DNA of 64,000 nt from Podospora anserina (Eukaryota): NCBI GenBank assembly GCA_017654855.1, contig CM030337.1, forward strand, positions 2,914,001-2,978,000, in the 5' to 3' direction. A program made the translations under genes and the position numbers. The notes under the pieces were generated by a model that was not told the DNA's origin, did no database searches, and saw only the letters and a list, made by a program, of their open reading frames with translations. Below are positions 48,940 to 61,705 of this stretch, piece by piece. How positions within the stretch are numbered: the stretch's first letter is position 1; the number at the start of each line of letters is the position of its first letter.

Positions 48940-49932
48940 TCACAGCTTTGACTCGCCATTTAGTTGCGGCAGAGACTCCCCCATCCAGCAGCCTTGGATG
49001 GCACGCCAATATTTGGTCGCGTCCTCGGTGACGAGTGCACAGTGGGGCGCCTCTCGGAAGAGCACAAGCCCAACCTCACATCCAGCTTCTCGCGCGAGCT
49101 GGGCATGGGATTGGACGTCAGCGGGTCCCACCATGCGGTCAGCACGGGAGAAGAGATAGAGCCGACGGGCGGCGGTGCCGAACAGGGTTGGCTTGTTCAG
49201 CTCACGCCGCATATCGTTGACTGAGGACATGAAGCCGGCCTTTTGCAGCGCCGTGATGGTGGCCACAGCCGCGAATATGGCAGCCGTGCCGAGAGCTCGG
49301 ATGGGGGCCGAGCTGGTAGCGGGCAGTGACAAAATCGCCGCATTGAAGGCCTTGGCGAATGAAGTGTCGCCCGGGCAGCAGTCGAAGACAATCTGGCGCA
49401 GGTGGTCGCACAGAAGCGTGCCGGCCACCTCGGATATGGACAGGGCCAGTTGTATTGCCGTATTGCAGCCGCCGTGGGAAAACATGTGGAGCAGGGCCTG
49501 AGGAATGACAAGATTGGTGGTGCCGGACTCGGTAGTCCGAGTTGTCGTCGGCGGCGGCTGCAACGCCTTGATGATGGCGTCTCGGGCTGGCCGCAGCCGA
49601 GAACGGACGGCCGCAAACGAGCGAGCCGAGATATCGGCAAAGACTGTACGGACCAAGACAAGGGTCGCACCGGGAAATGCTTTCCGGTAGCCCTCGACGT
49701 ATTTGGCGACCCGTGGCGTGGTCGCGCCCCCAAGCCACGTGCAGAGAATGATCAGGGACGGCGGCGGGCATCCGCTGGCGCTGCCACTACCACTGATCTT
49801 GTCGTGTGCCGCTGACGGGACACTGGGTTCAAACAGGAAAATGTTGTTGCCCAGAGGCACCAACGGAGTTGGAGGTGCTGGCAGTGGTCCCTCTGGGCTG
49901 CCGTCGTCGCCCTCCGTGTGCGGGAGTGTCAT
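48940..49932 (-). CDS. DUF829/PaxU-like alpha/beta-hydrolase-fold protein
   Basis: LIILCTWLGG, AKYVEGY, HMFSHGG, IVFDCCPG, RLYLFSRADRMV, APHC. Confidence 0.85.
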   Translation of the reverse strand: MTLPHTEGDDGSPEGPLPAPPTPLVPLGNNIFLFEPSVPSAAHDKISGSGSASGCPPPSLIILCTWLGGATTPRVAKYVEGYRKAFPGATLVLVRTVFADISARSFAAVRSRLRPARDAIIKALQPPPTTTRTTESGTTNLVIPQALLHMFSHGGCNTAIQLALSISEVAGTLLCDHLRQIVFDCCPGDTSFAKAFNAAILSLPATSSAPIRALGTAAIFAAVATITALQKAGFMSSVNDMRRELNKPTLFGTAARRLYLFSRADRMVGPADVQSHAQLAREAGCEVGLVLFREAPHCALVTEDATKYWRAIQGCWMGESLPQLNGESKL

Positions 49933-50077
49933 GGCTGTTGTGGCACGCCGGCTGGGATGGTTGACGGTTGATGGCTGATGGATGTGTAAGGGAATAATCG
50001 CGAGTCTATGAGTGTGTGTGCAGTGGATGTTTTTGTTTGTTGGAGCTATTCTTAATTACCGGCCTTGGATGATGTTG

Positions 50078-50145
50078 GTCCTCAACAAAAAGATCCGAAC
50101 CCTAACCCTAGCCCCAACCCTAAGTCCTCAACAAAAAGACCTGAA
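50078..50145. repeat. Interstitial telomere-like tract (about 4 CCCTAA units) between direct repeats
   Basis: GTCCTCAACAAAAAGA at 50078 and 50124 flanks CCCTAA CCCTAG CCCCAA CCCTAA. Confidence 0.75.
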
Positions 50146-50462
50146 GCATGTAGATCAGACTCTGCAGAATACCTTCCTCATTCGTTGACTCGGCGATCGA
50201 TTGGTCACTGTCGTCAACCCGTGGCACGTTTGGCTTCGTTTTAAAGCAGAACGTGACGTATTGGGTGTCGAATGGTACTAAGAGTGACTACCTACTAATG
50301 GTGGTATTTCAAGTAACTACCAGGTAGCGATTTCATTTGGTAACCGGGCCAGATACAAGTGACACTGAGTAGTACGGACTGCAATCGTGTAAGTTGGTCT
50401 TGATTCCTCCTACACACAATTGCTGGGTAAATAACTAGTGCTCGCAAGTATGTCCATATCAT

Positions 50463-51811
50463 TCAAACACCGTCGCCCGCCCGGCACCGTTTGAGTAAAG
50501 ACATTTCAATAGCCAAGCCAGGGCCAAAAGATGTCGCAACAACATGATCCTTGCCGCGGCCCATCTTCCGCAGCAGGTCCAGCACTGCCAATACAGTTGG
50601 ACTGGATGAGTTGCCCCGCGTCCTGTATATCTCCCGAGTAGCCCGCAGCTGTTCGCTTGTCAAATCCAGCATCTCCTGCGCCCCTTGGATGATGGCCTCT
50701 CCGCCCGGGTGCAGAGCCCAGTCGAAGTCGGCCACATCGAGACTCTTCAGCCTCGTCTTCTCCCGAAACCCCGGCAGCAGGTCCCTGAACATGGGCCCGA
50801 TGGCCGTCTTGGTAAATGAGGGCACATCACGGGTCAATACAGTACGGAACCCGGTGCCTTCGGCGTAGAAGGCCATGTGCTGCATCGTGTCCGGGATAGT
50901 CGCGTTGTCCCACTCGAGCAGCTGGAATAGCGGCTCAGCCCGACCCGAGTCCCCGCCGCCGTCGTCGTCACCGGCGTCGTCCTGCGGTAACAGCAGCCCG
51001 GCGTCGTTGCAAAGCACAAACGCGGCGGCGCCATCGGCAAACAACACGCCCGCGATGCTCACGTCGGCCGGGTCTGCGCAAGCCGCGGCCTCGGCCAGGT
51101 CGTGCCGCACGTTGGGCGTGCACAGCTCACACGCGAAGGCCAGCACACGCGCCGGCTTGCCCCGGGACGCGGCGCCGCTGGCGACCTGGGCCGCCGCGCG
51201 CATGATGGCCAGCCCGCCGGCGCAGCCCACGCCGTGCAGCAGCATGCGATCGACCGTGTGCGGCAGGCCCAGGCGGCGCGCCACTAGAAGGTCGTAGCCC
51301 GGGTTGCCCTGGTTCGTGCAGGTCACGGCGATGGTGTGCGTGATGTCGCAGGGCCGGCCGCCCCATTCTTTCAGCGCCTTGCGGCATGCCTGCGCGGCGA
51401 GGTCGACGCCTGCCCGGCGGTAGAATTTGTCCAGATCAGCAAGGGTTGGGGCCTCCGGGCGGCTGGCGAAACCGGTTTGGTAGTCCCCGATGGAGGCGCG
51501 CGTGTCGATACCACTTGTTTTGTTGATCTGGAGGAGCTTTTTCAAACTATTGCCAACCACAGCATGTCAGCACGGCTCAGAAGCGACAGAGTCAAGCGGG
51601 GAATGGATTCGACCTGCACCACTTACCCTGGCTTCTCCACGTCAAAGAACCTCTTCGCAAACTCATCCAACTTCTCTGGCCCTAGGAGATATGGAGGATA
51701 TTGGGAGGCAATCCCCGTGATCCAAAGTCCTGGCATTGGCGGCGTGGCATGAGTGCCGTTGGCCCCATTCGTTTCACTCTTTTCACCCATTTGAGGTGCC
51801 ATCACTGCCAT
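50463..51811 (-). CDS. Type III polyketide synthase (chalcone synthase-like, 2 exons)
   Basis: LWITGIASQYPP start; catalytic Cys (GVGCAGG), His (ALHPGG) and Asn (RGNSSS); SFGPGLAIE. Intron about 51549-51625. Confidence 0.96.
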
Positions 51812-52573
51812 GCCGAGACTGTCTGTGGAGTGCGATGGAATCGACGAGGCGCGTTAGAGATGTTGATGTTGGTAGCTTGGGAGGCGTATCGTCTTTAGGG
51901 ACAGTTATGAGTGCAAATACCTGCAGGTCATTAGCAGTATTAGGCAAGCATTTCGCAACTGAGTCTGCTGGCGTTGGACCACTAACAGAATGGCCGCTGT
52001 GATGCCCAGGAATCCCGTCCGTCCGGAGGAGCCAGCACACCATCACGCCCGGCAGACTGGCTGTTTCGGTGCTGAGTGGAACAGCCGAACAGGCAACAAT
52101 CCGACAAAGTCGGTGCCGTATCGGTGATCCGACTTATCGGTCTGTTGGCTGCGGGTTGCGGTTTGCGGATTCCCGACGCGTGTCTGCGGCGTGCTGCGTC
52201 AGAACCATGAAGCGTCCTTTCGACGCCGATGGGCTTACCGAAGTCTACGGAGGATTGCCGGGTGCACCAAGATGAATATGCCACGTGCAAGCGTGACATC
52301 CGGCCTCGCTGGGTTCGGAAGCCGGATTAGGGGAACAGACCAAAGGAGACATCCCGAGACGACGGATGCCACTATAAGGCTATTGATATTAATGCCATGT
52401 CTGGTATGTAGACGGGAGACTGTAGGCTGCTGCTTACTTGACTCTTTTGTTTAGCGTTCCGTACCTTGCACATTCGTCGAAGCTTTGTAACTCTTGCCTT
52501 ACTACTACACAGCCTAGCAGTTACTTAGCACTCGTCGCCATACCTTCGCTTCTCGGTGCTTTCTACAGGAGCC

Positions 52574-55500
52574 ATGGCCGACCTGAGGTTTGAAGATCAA
52601 CCCGTGTCTCAGGAAGGACGAAATGGCCGAACCAATGGCACTGGCATTGTGAATGGGGACCACCATCCGACGTCTGAAAGGACCACAAACGGAGACTCGG
52701 TGAACGGCCATCCCCATGGCAACGGCCTCTCGACTGGGAGTGGTCTCCCCAATGGCAGCAAAACCCAAACCCAACCGCCGGTCGAGCCTATCGCCATCTG
52801 TGGCATGGGCATGCGACTCCCAGGCGGCATCACCGATGCTGCAGGCTTCTGGGACATGCTCTACAACGGACGCAGCGGGCGGTGTGAGGTTCCAGAGGAC
52901 CGATACAACGCCGAGGGCTGGTACGGCCCAGGCAAGATTGGGCACACAGCCAGCAAGTTCGGCTATTTCCTCGACAACGTCAACCTGGCCAACATGGACT
53001 CCTCGTTCTGGTCCATGACCAAGAAAGAAATCGAGGCCATGGACCCGCAGCAGCGACTGACGCTCGAAGTCGTCTACGAGTGCCTACAGAACGCTGGTCA
53101 GAAACCCGACCAGCTCCGAGGGAAGAAGGTCGGTGTGTACCTCGGCACTTTTGAAGGCGACTGGCTGGAACTCGACGGCCGCGATCCTCAGCACTACCAC
53201 ATGTACCGCTTGACGGGGTACGGCGACTACATGTCGGCGAATCGTATCCACTACGAGTTCGGCTTCATGGGCCCAAGGCAAGTTGTCACAATACAACTGC
53301 TTCGTTGGGGGTGAGCGAGGTGACTAATTCCTCTATAGTGTCACCATCAGGACAGCCTGCTCGTCGTCGCTGACGGCACTCCATGACGCCTGCCACGCCA
53401 TTTTCTCCGGAGAGTGCGAGTCGGCCATCGTGGCATGCGCCAACGTCATCTGCTCGCCGCGGACGACCATCACCATGCAAGAGCAGGGCGTCATGTCTCC
53501 GAGTGCTCTCTGCAAGACATTTGATGCAGACGCCGACGGCTACGCCCGCGGCGAGGCCGTCTCGGCCATCTACGTCAAGAAGCTCAGCGACGCCATCCGA
53601 GATGGCGATCCGATTCGGTCCGTGGTCCGGTCGACTGCTGTCAATGCCGGCGGCAAATCCTCGACGCTCACGGCTCCGAACACGGCTGCTCATGAGGCTC
53701 TCATCCGGCGCGGCCACCAGCTGGCGGGCATTTCCGACTTTTCTAAGACAGCTATGATTGAGTGTCACGGAACCGGAACTGCTGTACGTGTATCCATGCG
53801 AGTGTGGTATTGGTGTGATATGATGCTTATTCCGCCGTTCAACATCTAGGTCGGGGACCCCATTGAGACACTCGCGGTGGCCAACATCTTTGGAGATTAC
53901 GGAATATACATTGGATCGGTGAGTAAACCTCCGCATTTTGATAGCTTTGCCTGGCAGAATCTGATTGAGGCAGGTGAAAACAAACCTGGGGCATAGCGAG
54001 GGAGCCTCGGGTCTTTCGAGTCTGATCAAGATGACGTTGGCTCTGGAGAACGAGACGATTCCGCCCAATCTCAACTTCACCACGCCAAATCCCAAAAGTA
54101 AGACACCAGCGCCCCAACCGTCCAAACCGCTTCTTTCTAACCATGTATGTTGCAGTTCCGTTCAAGGAGTGCAAGCTCACAGTCCCGACTGAGCCCCGGC
54201 CCTGGCCCAAGGACCGAGACCATGTTGTTGGAGTCAACAGTTTCGGAATAGGGGGCTCTAACGCTCATGTAAGAAACAATGGATAAAATACACGCTGCAA
54301 CTCAGACACTCACCTGTATCTTTATCCAATCAGGTCCTACTCTCGTCCGCTTCCTCGTTCGGAGCTGCAAATGCGACGGCACACAAAGGCGATGTCGAGG
54401 CCTTCGATGCCGACCCCGGCTTGCGCCTGCTTCTCTTCTCCGCCAAACACCCCAAAGCGCTCCAGTCGATGGTGTCACAGCATCAAGCCTACCACCTCTC
54501 TCACCCGTCACAGCTGCGCGACATGAGCTTCTCGCTGGCCCTAAAGCGCGACGCCCTGAGCTACCGGGCATTCTGCGTAACAGATGGACTGGACGACTGG
54601 ACGCCAGTTGTCTCGCCCCGCCCGGCTTCTCGCGAGCCGTCGAAGCTCGTCTTCGTCTTTAGCGGGCAGGGGGCACAGTGGGCGCAGATGGGCATGGCGC
54701 TGATCAAGAATGTCCCCGAATTCAGACAGAGCCTCCGAGACATGGACAAGTTCTTGCAAACACTTCCCGACGGCCCGCAGTGGAGTTTGATTGGCAAGTC
54801 ATGACTAAGTTGTACCCCGAGTCCCAAGTTCCCAAGTACTAACACGCTGCATAGACGAGATTCAGGCTCCCAAGAGCCGCAGCCGCATTTCCTCAGCTGA
54901 ACTGTCACAGCCCTGCTGCACCGCTATCCAGATGGCGCTCGTGGACCTTTTGACGAGTTACAATGTCACGCCAGGCGCTGTGGTCGGCCACTCGAGCGGT
55001 GAGATTGCCGCGGCGTATGCCAGCGGCGCCATAACGGCGAACGAAGGTATCGCAATTGCGTACTACCGAGGCAAGGTCATGCTCTCGGTAGATTCGACAA
55101 AAAAGCCAGGCGGCATGGCTGCCGTGGGCCTCGGGCGCAAGGAGGTCGAGCCGTATCTCAGCAGCGGCGTCCTGATCGGCTGCGAGAACAGCCCTGAGAG
55201 CACAACCCTCACTGGAGATAAAGACGCGCTGGAAGGGGTCATGCTGAATATCAAAGAGGCGAACCCGGACATCTTGGTTCGGGCATTGCAGGTTGACCGG
55301 GCATATCATTCTCGTGAGTAATCCCTCGTTCCCCCCTCGCCTGGTTCTCTTTGTGCATACACCAGCACAAACCAGCCTCTCGGGGCACCTTCACGTTTGC
55401 TAATAACATGAACAGATCACATGCGACAAGTGGCACCGCTCTACGAAGAGCTCCTCAGCAACATGATCAACGCAAACGACCCCAACATACCGTTTTACTC

Positions 55501-58500
55501 CACTGTCTCCTGTAAAACAGTAAAGAGCGGCAGGGAGCTGGGGCCAGAGTATTGGGTCAACAACTTGGTCTCGCCCGTTCGTTTCTCCACCGCCGTCAGC
55601 CAGATCCTGCGGGAGCCGGGGCGCAAGACGTTTGTCGAGATCGGGCCGCACTCGGCGCTGGCCGGTCCACTGCGCCAGATACTCAAATCCGCCAAGTCCA
55701 CCGACGAGTACATGAACATCCTGACACGCGGGAATAACTCCCACTCTGACCTGCTCCATGCAGTGGGCCACCTGTGGTCCGCCAACCAGCCCCTACATCT
55801 CGCCCCGGTTGTCGGTGAAGGTAAATTCCTCGTGGACCTGCCGCTGTACCCCTGGCACTACGAAGAGCCCATGTGGTACGAGAGCCGCCTGGCACGAGAG
55901 TGGCGCCACCGGAAGTTCCCGCACCATGATGTGCTGGGCTCCCGGATTCTGGAAAGCACCGATTCCAGCCCGGCCTGGCGGAACCTGCTGCGGCTTGAGT
56001 CGGTGCCCTGGATCAAGGAGCATGAAGTCGCTGGCGACATCGTCTTCCCCGGCGTGGGCTACGTCACCATGGCGGGCGAGGCTGTGCGGCAGCTCACGGG
56101 CGCCACCGACTTTACGGTTCGGCGTGTGCACATCAAGGCGGCCATGATCCTAGTCCAAGAAACCGCGACGGAAACCATCACACAGCTCCAGCGTGTGCCG
56201 CTGACCAACTCGGCCGACTCGGTCTGGTACAACTTTACCATCTCCAGCTACCAGAACGGCAGCTGGCTGAAGCACGCCTTCGGGCAGGTCTCGGCAGGCT
56301 CCGAGTTCCCGCACGAGGCCCCCGATCTGGCGCCGTTGCCGCGCGTGGTTTCGCGAAAGGCCTGGTACCGTAAACTGCGTTCGCTTGGGCTCGAGTACGG
56401 GCCCCGGTTCCTCGGACTTAGGGACATCACTGCCAACCCCGTAGAGCCAACGCTGCTGACGCACATGACAAACGATATCCGCGACGGAGAGTCGCTCTAC
56501 GCCATCCACCCCGTGACGCTGGATCTTGTGCCACAAGCAATAGCCCCGGCATTGACCAACGGCCTGACCAGGCGGTTTGACCGGGTGGCCATCCCCACGT
56601 ACATTGACGAGATGTACATTGGACCCCCGGCAACACCAGACATGGCCATGGAGGTCCGCATCACCGAGGAGCGCAAGAATGCGCGCATTGCAGATGCTGT
56701 TGCCGTGTCAGACGGCAAGGTAGTCATCTCGGTGAAGGGCATGCAGGTGTCCGTCATCAGCGACGCCGAGGGCGACGGCGGACAAGACCCCCACGCGGCT
56801 GTCGAGCTCGAGTGGAAGGAAGACGTGAACTTGATGGACATCACCACCCTCATCCGCCCGGCAAAGGACCGGCATGACGTCCACAAACTACTCGACAGGT
56901 TCTCAGCGCTGTGCATGCTCGACGCCGCCGAGCGGCTGCGGGTCGTCGAACCGTCCAGGCCCCATCTCGCGCACTTTCGACAATGGCTGGACGGCCTTTG
57001 CGTTGACATCTTGGGTGGCCGCTACGGATGCTTGTCTTCTCAGCAAAGCGATGTCGACATGTCCCCGGCTCGCCGCCAAGAGACGGTCGACACGCTGTAC
57101 GCCCAGCTCTTGGACACGGAGGCGCACGCAGCGGCGACGGCCGTCTACCGCATCGCCAGCAACTGCGACTCCATCTTCAGCGGTACCACGGACGAGCTGG
57201 CCCTCCTGCTCGAAGACAATGTCCTCCACCAGCTGTACGATTTTATGCAGAATTCGGAGTACTCGGCGTTCCTTGATCTAGTGGCTCACCGAAAGCCCAA
57301 CCTCAGGGTGCTGGAGATTGGCGCGGGCACCGGTGGGACAACGGCGACCGTCCTGCCCGCTCTCAAGTCTGCTTATGGCGAGCGCATGTACCTGTCGTAC
57401 ACCTACACTGATGTGTCCCCGGGCTTCTTCCCCGCGGCCAAGGAACGCTTCAAGGAGTATGAGGGCCTCCAGTATGCCGTGCTGGATATATCCAAGGACC
57501 CCCTGGAACAGGGTTTCGATCCTGAGAGCTTCGACCTTATTATCGCCTGCAATGTAAGTGACAGACCACAGCCACAGTGATGGTGGTGGAAGAGGGAGTG
57601 CTAATATCGATGCCATCGCTAGGTCATGCACGCAACACCAAACATCCACGAGACCCTGTCCAACGTCCGCAAGCTCGTCCACCCTCGGGGGAGGCTGTTC
57701 CTGCAGGAACTTTCTCCAGGTAAGTAACCACATGTTCCTAGACGTGATGACATCAGTCACTAAATACTCGGCTTGCAGAAACCAAATGGATCAACTTCGT
57801 CATGGGCGTCCTGCCGGGCTGGTGGCTCGGTGGCGCCGATTTGCGGTTCCCCGAGCCGTACATGGACAGCGCCCGCTGGGACACAGAGCTGCGCGCGGCA
57901 GGCTTCGCTGGCGCAGAAGCAGTCGCATACGACGGCTACCTCAACAACAACATCATCACCACGCCCGCCGCACCGCAGCCACCACCCTCGAAACGAGTCA
58001 CCCTGCTCCATTCGGGAGAGACCACTACCACCACCACCATAGCCGTCATTGCCTCTCTTCGCGCCCAGCTCCAGCTCTCCGGCTACCAAATCGACCTGCA
58101 CACCCTCGACACCCCGTCCCTCCCAGAAAACCAAGACATTCTCGTAGCACTAGACCTCACTGAACCCTTCTTCCACAACCTCACACCGCGCCGGCTTGCC
58201 TCCTTCCAGGAGCTGGTGCGGCAGGCGCGCGACCGCGGCTGCGGCGTGCTGTGGCTCACGGGCGCGAGCCAGGTCGGCTGCGTGGACCCGCGCTTTGCGC
58301 CCGTGGTCGGCGTGGCGCGCGTGCTGCGCACGGAGACGGGGTTGGATTTTGCGACGCTAGAGTTGGATTGTTTGGGCCAGGTCGATGTTGAGTTTGGGGC
58401 CGTGCCGGCTGTGTTGGCCGAGTTTCAGCGCCGGGGGCCGGAGGAGGAGGATGTCAGGTCTGAGGCGGAGTGGGCGTGCGTTGGGGGGAGGGTGCTGATT

Positions 58501-61207
58501 GGCCGATACCACTTTGTTGATGTCGCAAAGGGGATTACCACGGCGGGTGATGGAGAGGGTGGGCCCGCGGAAAAGACGGTGCTGAAGCTGGAGCAACATC
58601 GTCCTGGTCTGGTGAATACGCTATTCTGGGAGCGGAGAGCCGAGACGGCGCTGGGGGAGAATGATGTTCGGGTTGAGGTGCAGGCTGTTGGGCTGAATTT
58701 CAAGGTAAACATGGCCTCGTCTTTCCCGCCCCTTTATTTCTTTCTTTCCCTATGAGCCGCTTGCTAGGTTGTTTGGCAACTTCCCTTACCTCCCTCACCC
58801 AACATACACCCCGTGAAGGCCAAGCTGACAGCATTATTACAGGATGTCCTCGTCTCGCTGGGGATTGTGGCCGAGCCCTACTCCATCGGGCGCGGCATGG
58901 GCTACGAGTGCAGCGGCACCGTGACAGCCGTCGGATCCAGCGTCACCGAGCATCGTGTCGGCGATCGCGTCATTGCCAGCTCGAGCGGGTCGTTTACCAC
59001 TTCTCTGCAAGTGTCAGAGACGCTGTGCGTCAAGATGCCAGATACCCTGACGTTTGAGGAGGGTGCCTCAATGCTCGCCGTTTATTGTACCGCTATATAC
59101 TGTCTCCTCGACGTCGGTCGCCTAGCAAGGGGCATGGTAAGTCAGCCCAGTGATGATTGCGTGCTTCTCACAGCCAATACTAACAGACGTCTTTAGTCGG
59201 TGCTTATTCACTCGGCCACGGGTGGTGTTGGTATCGCGGCTATTGAAGTTGCCAAGATGATTGGCGCTGAGGTACGTGTTGGAAACGCCTCCATGTCCGG
59301 GGTCGTCGACATTGAAAACTAACAAAGTTACGCGGCGCAGATTTACTGCACCGTCGGCAACGAGTCAAAGGCCGAGTACATTGTGGACCGTTTCCACATT
59401 CCGCGCCATCACATCTTTAACTCCCGAGATGCGTCTTTCCTTCCCGCACTGCTGAAGGAGACCGGAGGGCGCGGCGTCGACGTTGTCCTCAACTCCCTGG
59501 CAGGTGAGCTCCTGCACGCGTCCTGGAAGTGCGTAGCCAAGTTTGGCACCTTTGTCGAGATTGGTCGCCGCGATCTTGTCGGTCAAGGGCTGCTGGCCAT
59601 GGACGTGTTCGAGGCGAACCGGGCATTTGTTGGCTTTGATCTACTGCGCTTCTCCACTGAGCGACCCCTGATGATCAAGAGGTGAGTGGACTCGACGGCA
59701 GTGAGCCTGGCACTTGCTTTTGAACTGTACTGACGCCTCTAAAAGCCTCATGGAACGCGCCCTTGCCTTCTACACGCAAGGACATCTACGCCCCATTTCC
59801 CCCTTGACAACCCTGCCCGCCACCGCCATATCCGACGCCATTCGGTTCATGCAGAAGGCTCAGCACATGGGAAAGATCGTGGTCACTATGCCCGAGAATC
59901 GCAACGAACTCGTGTCTGAGGCGACCCGCAATCCGATAGTGTTGCGGAGCGATGGTGCGTATCTTCTCGTCGGCGGTCTGGGTGGCCTGGGTCGCGCCAT
60001 CACAACTTGGCTTGCCGAAAAGGGGGCTAGACATTTTGTCTTCCTGTCCCGGTCAGCCGCGTCTGTTTCTGACCATGACCCTTTCGTCCTTGAGCTTGAA
60101 GCTCTGGGCTGCACGACCGTAAGGGTATCAGGCGATGTGTCCAACTATGAGGATGTGTTACTGGCCATCAAGGCAGCGGGAAGGCCGATTGCTGGTGTGC
60201 TGCAGGCATCCATGGTCCTCCGGGTATGTTGCCTCCTATCTACTTACTAATAGTGCCAATGGGCGCTAACGTTTATTGTGCAGGACAACAGTCTGGTCGA
60301 TATGTCGTGGGACGACTGGGTGACGGCGTCCCGGCCCAAGATCCAGGGCACCTGGAATCTGCACAACGCACTCGCCCGCGAGCAGGCCGAGCCACTGGAC
60401 CTGTTCTTCCTCTTCAGTTCCGCTGGCGCCATGAGCGGGCAGTGGGGCCAGGCCAACTACAACGCCGGCAACACCTTCCTCGACGCCTTCGTGCAGTACC
60501 GTCACTCGCTCGGGCTGCCGGCCAGCGTGCTCAACATTGGCGTCATCGGGGACGTGGGCTATGTCAGCGAAAACACGGACGTTCTTGACTCACTACGGGC
60601 CACATCCCAGTACATCATGGAAGAGCCCGCGCTGCTAGACTGTGTCGAGCTCATGCTCCAGCGGTCGGCGGCCCGAGCGACGACGCCGGCCGCCCCCGGC
60701 GGTGATGATGCCATGTACCGCTATGCACAGCCTTCGCAGATGGGTATCGGCATGCGCTCCCTGCTGCCCATCACGGCACCCGCCAACCGCACCGTCTGGC
60801 GCAAGGACCCGCGGATGCTGGTGTATCGCAACCTGGAAGACACGGGCGGCGCCGGGTCGGGCGGCGGAGCGTCGTCGTCGGACGAGGAGCTGACGCGGCT
60901 GCTGCGGGAGATCAGCTCTAACATGACGCTGCTCCGGTCGGCAGATACGGCGGCGCTGATCGCACGCGAGATCAAAAATACGCTCCTCGGCTTCATGATG
61001 CGGTCCGAGGACGAGCTGGACCTCGACGGCCCGCTGGCGTCGGTGGGCATTGACTCGCTGATCAGCATCGAGCTCCGGAACTGGATCCGTCGACGGCTTG
61101 GGGCCGAGGTTACTGTGCTGGAGATTGTGCGCGCGCCGAGCTTGAGGGAGCTGGGCGCGACGGTGCAAAAGAAACTCGTGGAGAAGTACGAGGCGCGGGT
61201 TGGATAG
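52574..61207 (+). CDS. Highly reducing type I PKS (KS-AT-DH-MT-ER-KR-ACP), multi-exon
   Basis: KS TACSSSL/HGTGT/GHSEG; AT GHSSGE and [49 protein letters not shown] and [16 protein letters not shown]. No release domain. Confidence 0.97.
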
Positions 61208-61705
61208 GAGTTGTAGATAGAGCACCACATGGTGGGAGTTTTGGTTGGTTTACTTTGTCAGTTTTCATGAGCACGCTTTCTCGTTTTTTCGGGCCATATC
61301 GGCCATCGACACACTGGTGTTTGAGGCACATTCAAAGACCTTAGAACCTCTAGATGGGTGCTCACAAGGGGCACTCTTCGTGGATACAAGCTGGAAAACC
61401 TTGTTTGGAGAGGGGGACTGGCACAGAAGAGGGTTTTCACCCCCTCAAAACCGCCACCGGGACTACCCAACGGCTTGACATAGGTACCTGTGTACATCGT
61501 CATGTATAGCTAGTGTACGTCTGGTACCTATCATTAAATGGATTTTTCGAGCGATCTCCCGCTTCGTGGGGGGTCGCCTTCGGCAAATAAAAGGTCACAA
61601 CAACAACGCTTTCTCGTTCGTTTCTCAACGGTGGTTGATGATTATTATATCTCATCATTGTTTGCACATCTCTATTTCTAGATCTTATCTTGTCTGGATC
61701 CGAGT

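Noticed and set aside
52609-61230. Many antisense and alternate-frame ORFs over the PKS
   Set aside because: Expected by-products of GC-rich codon usage.
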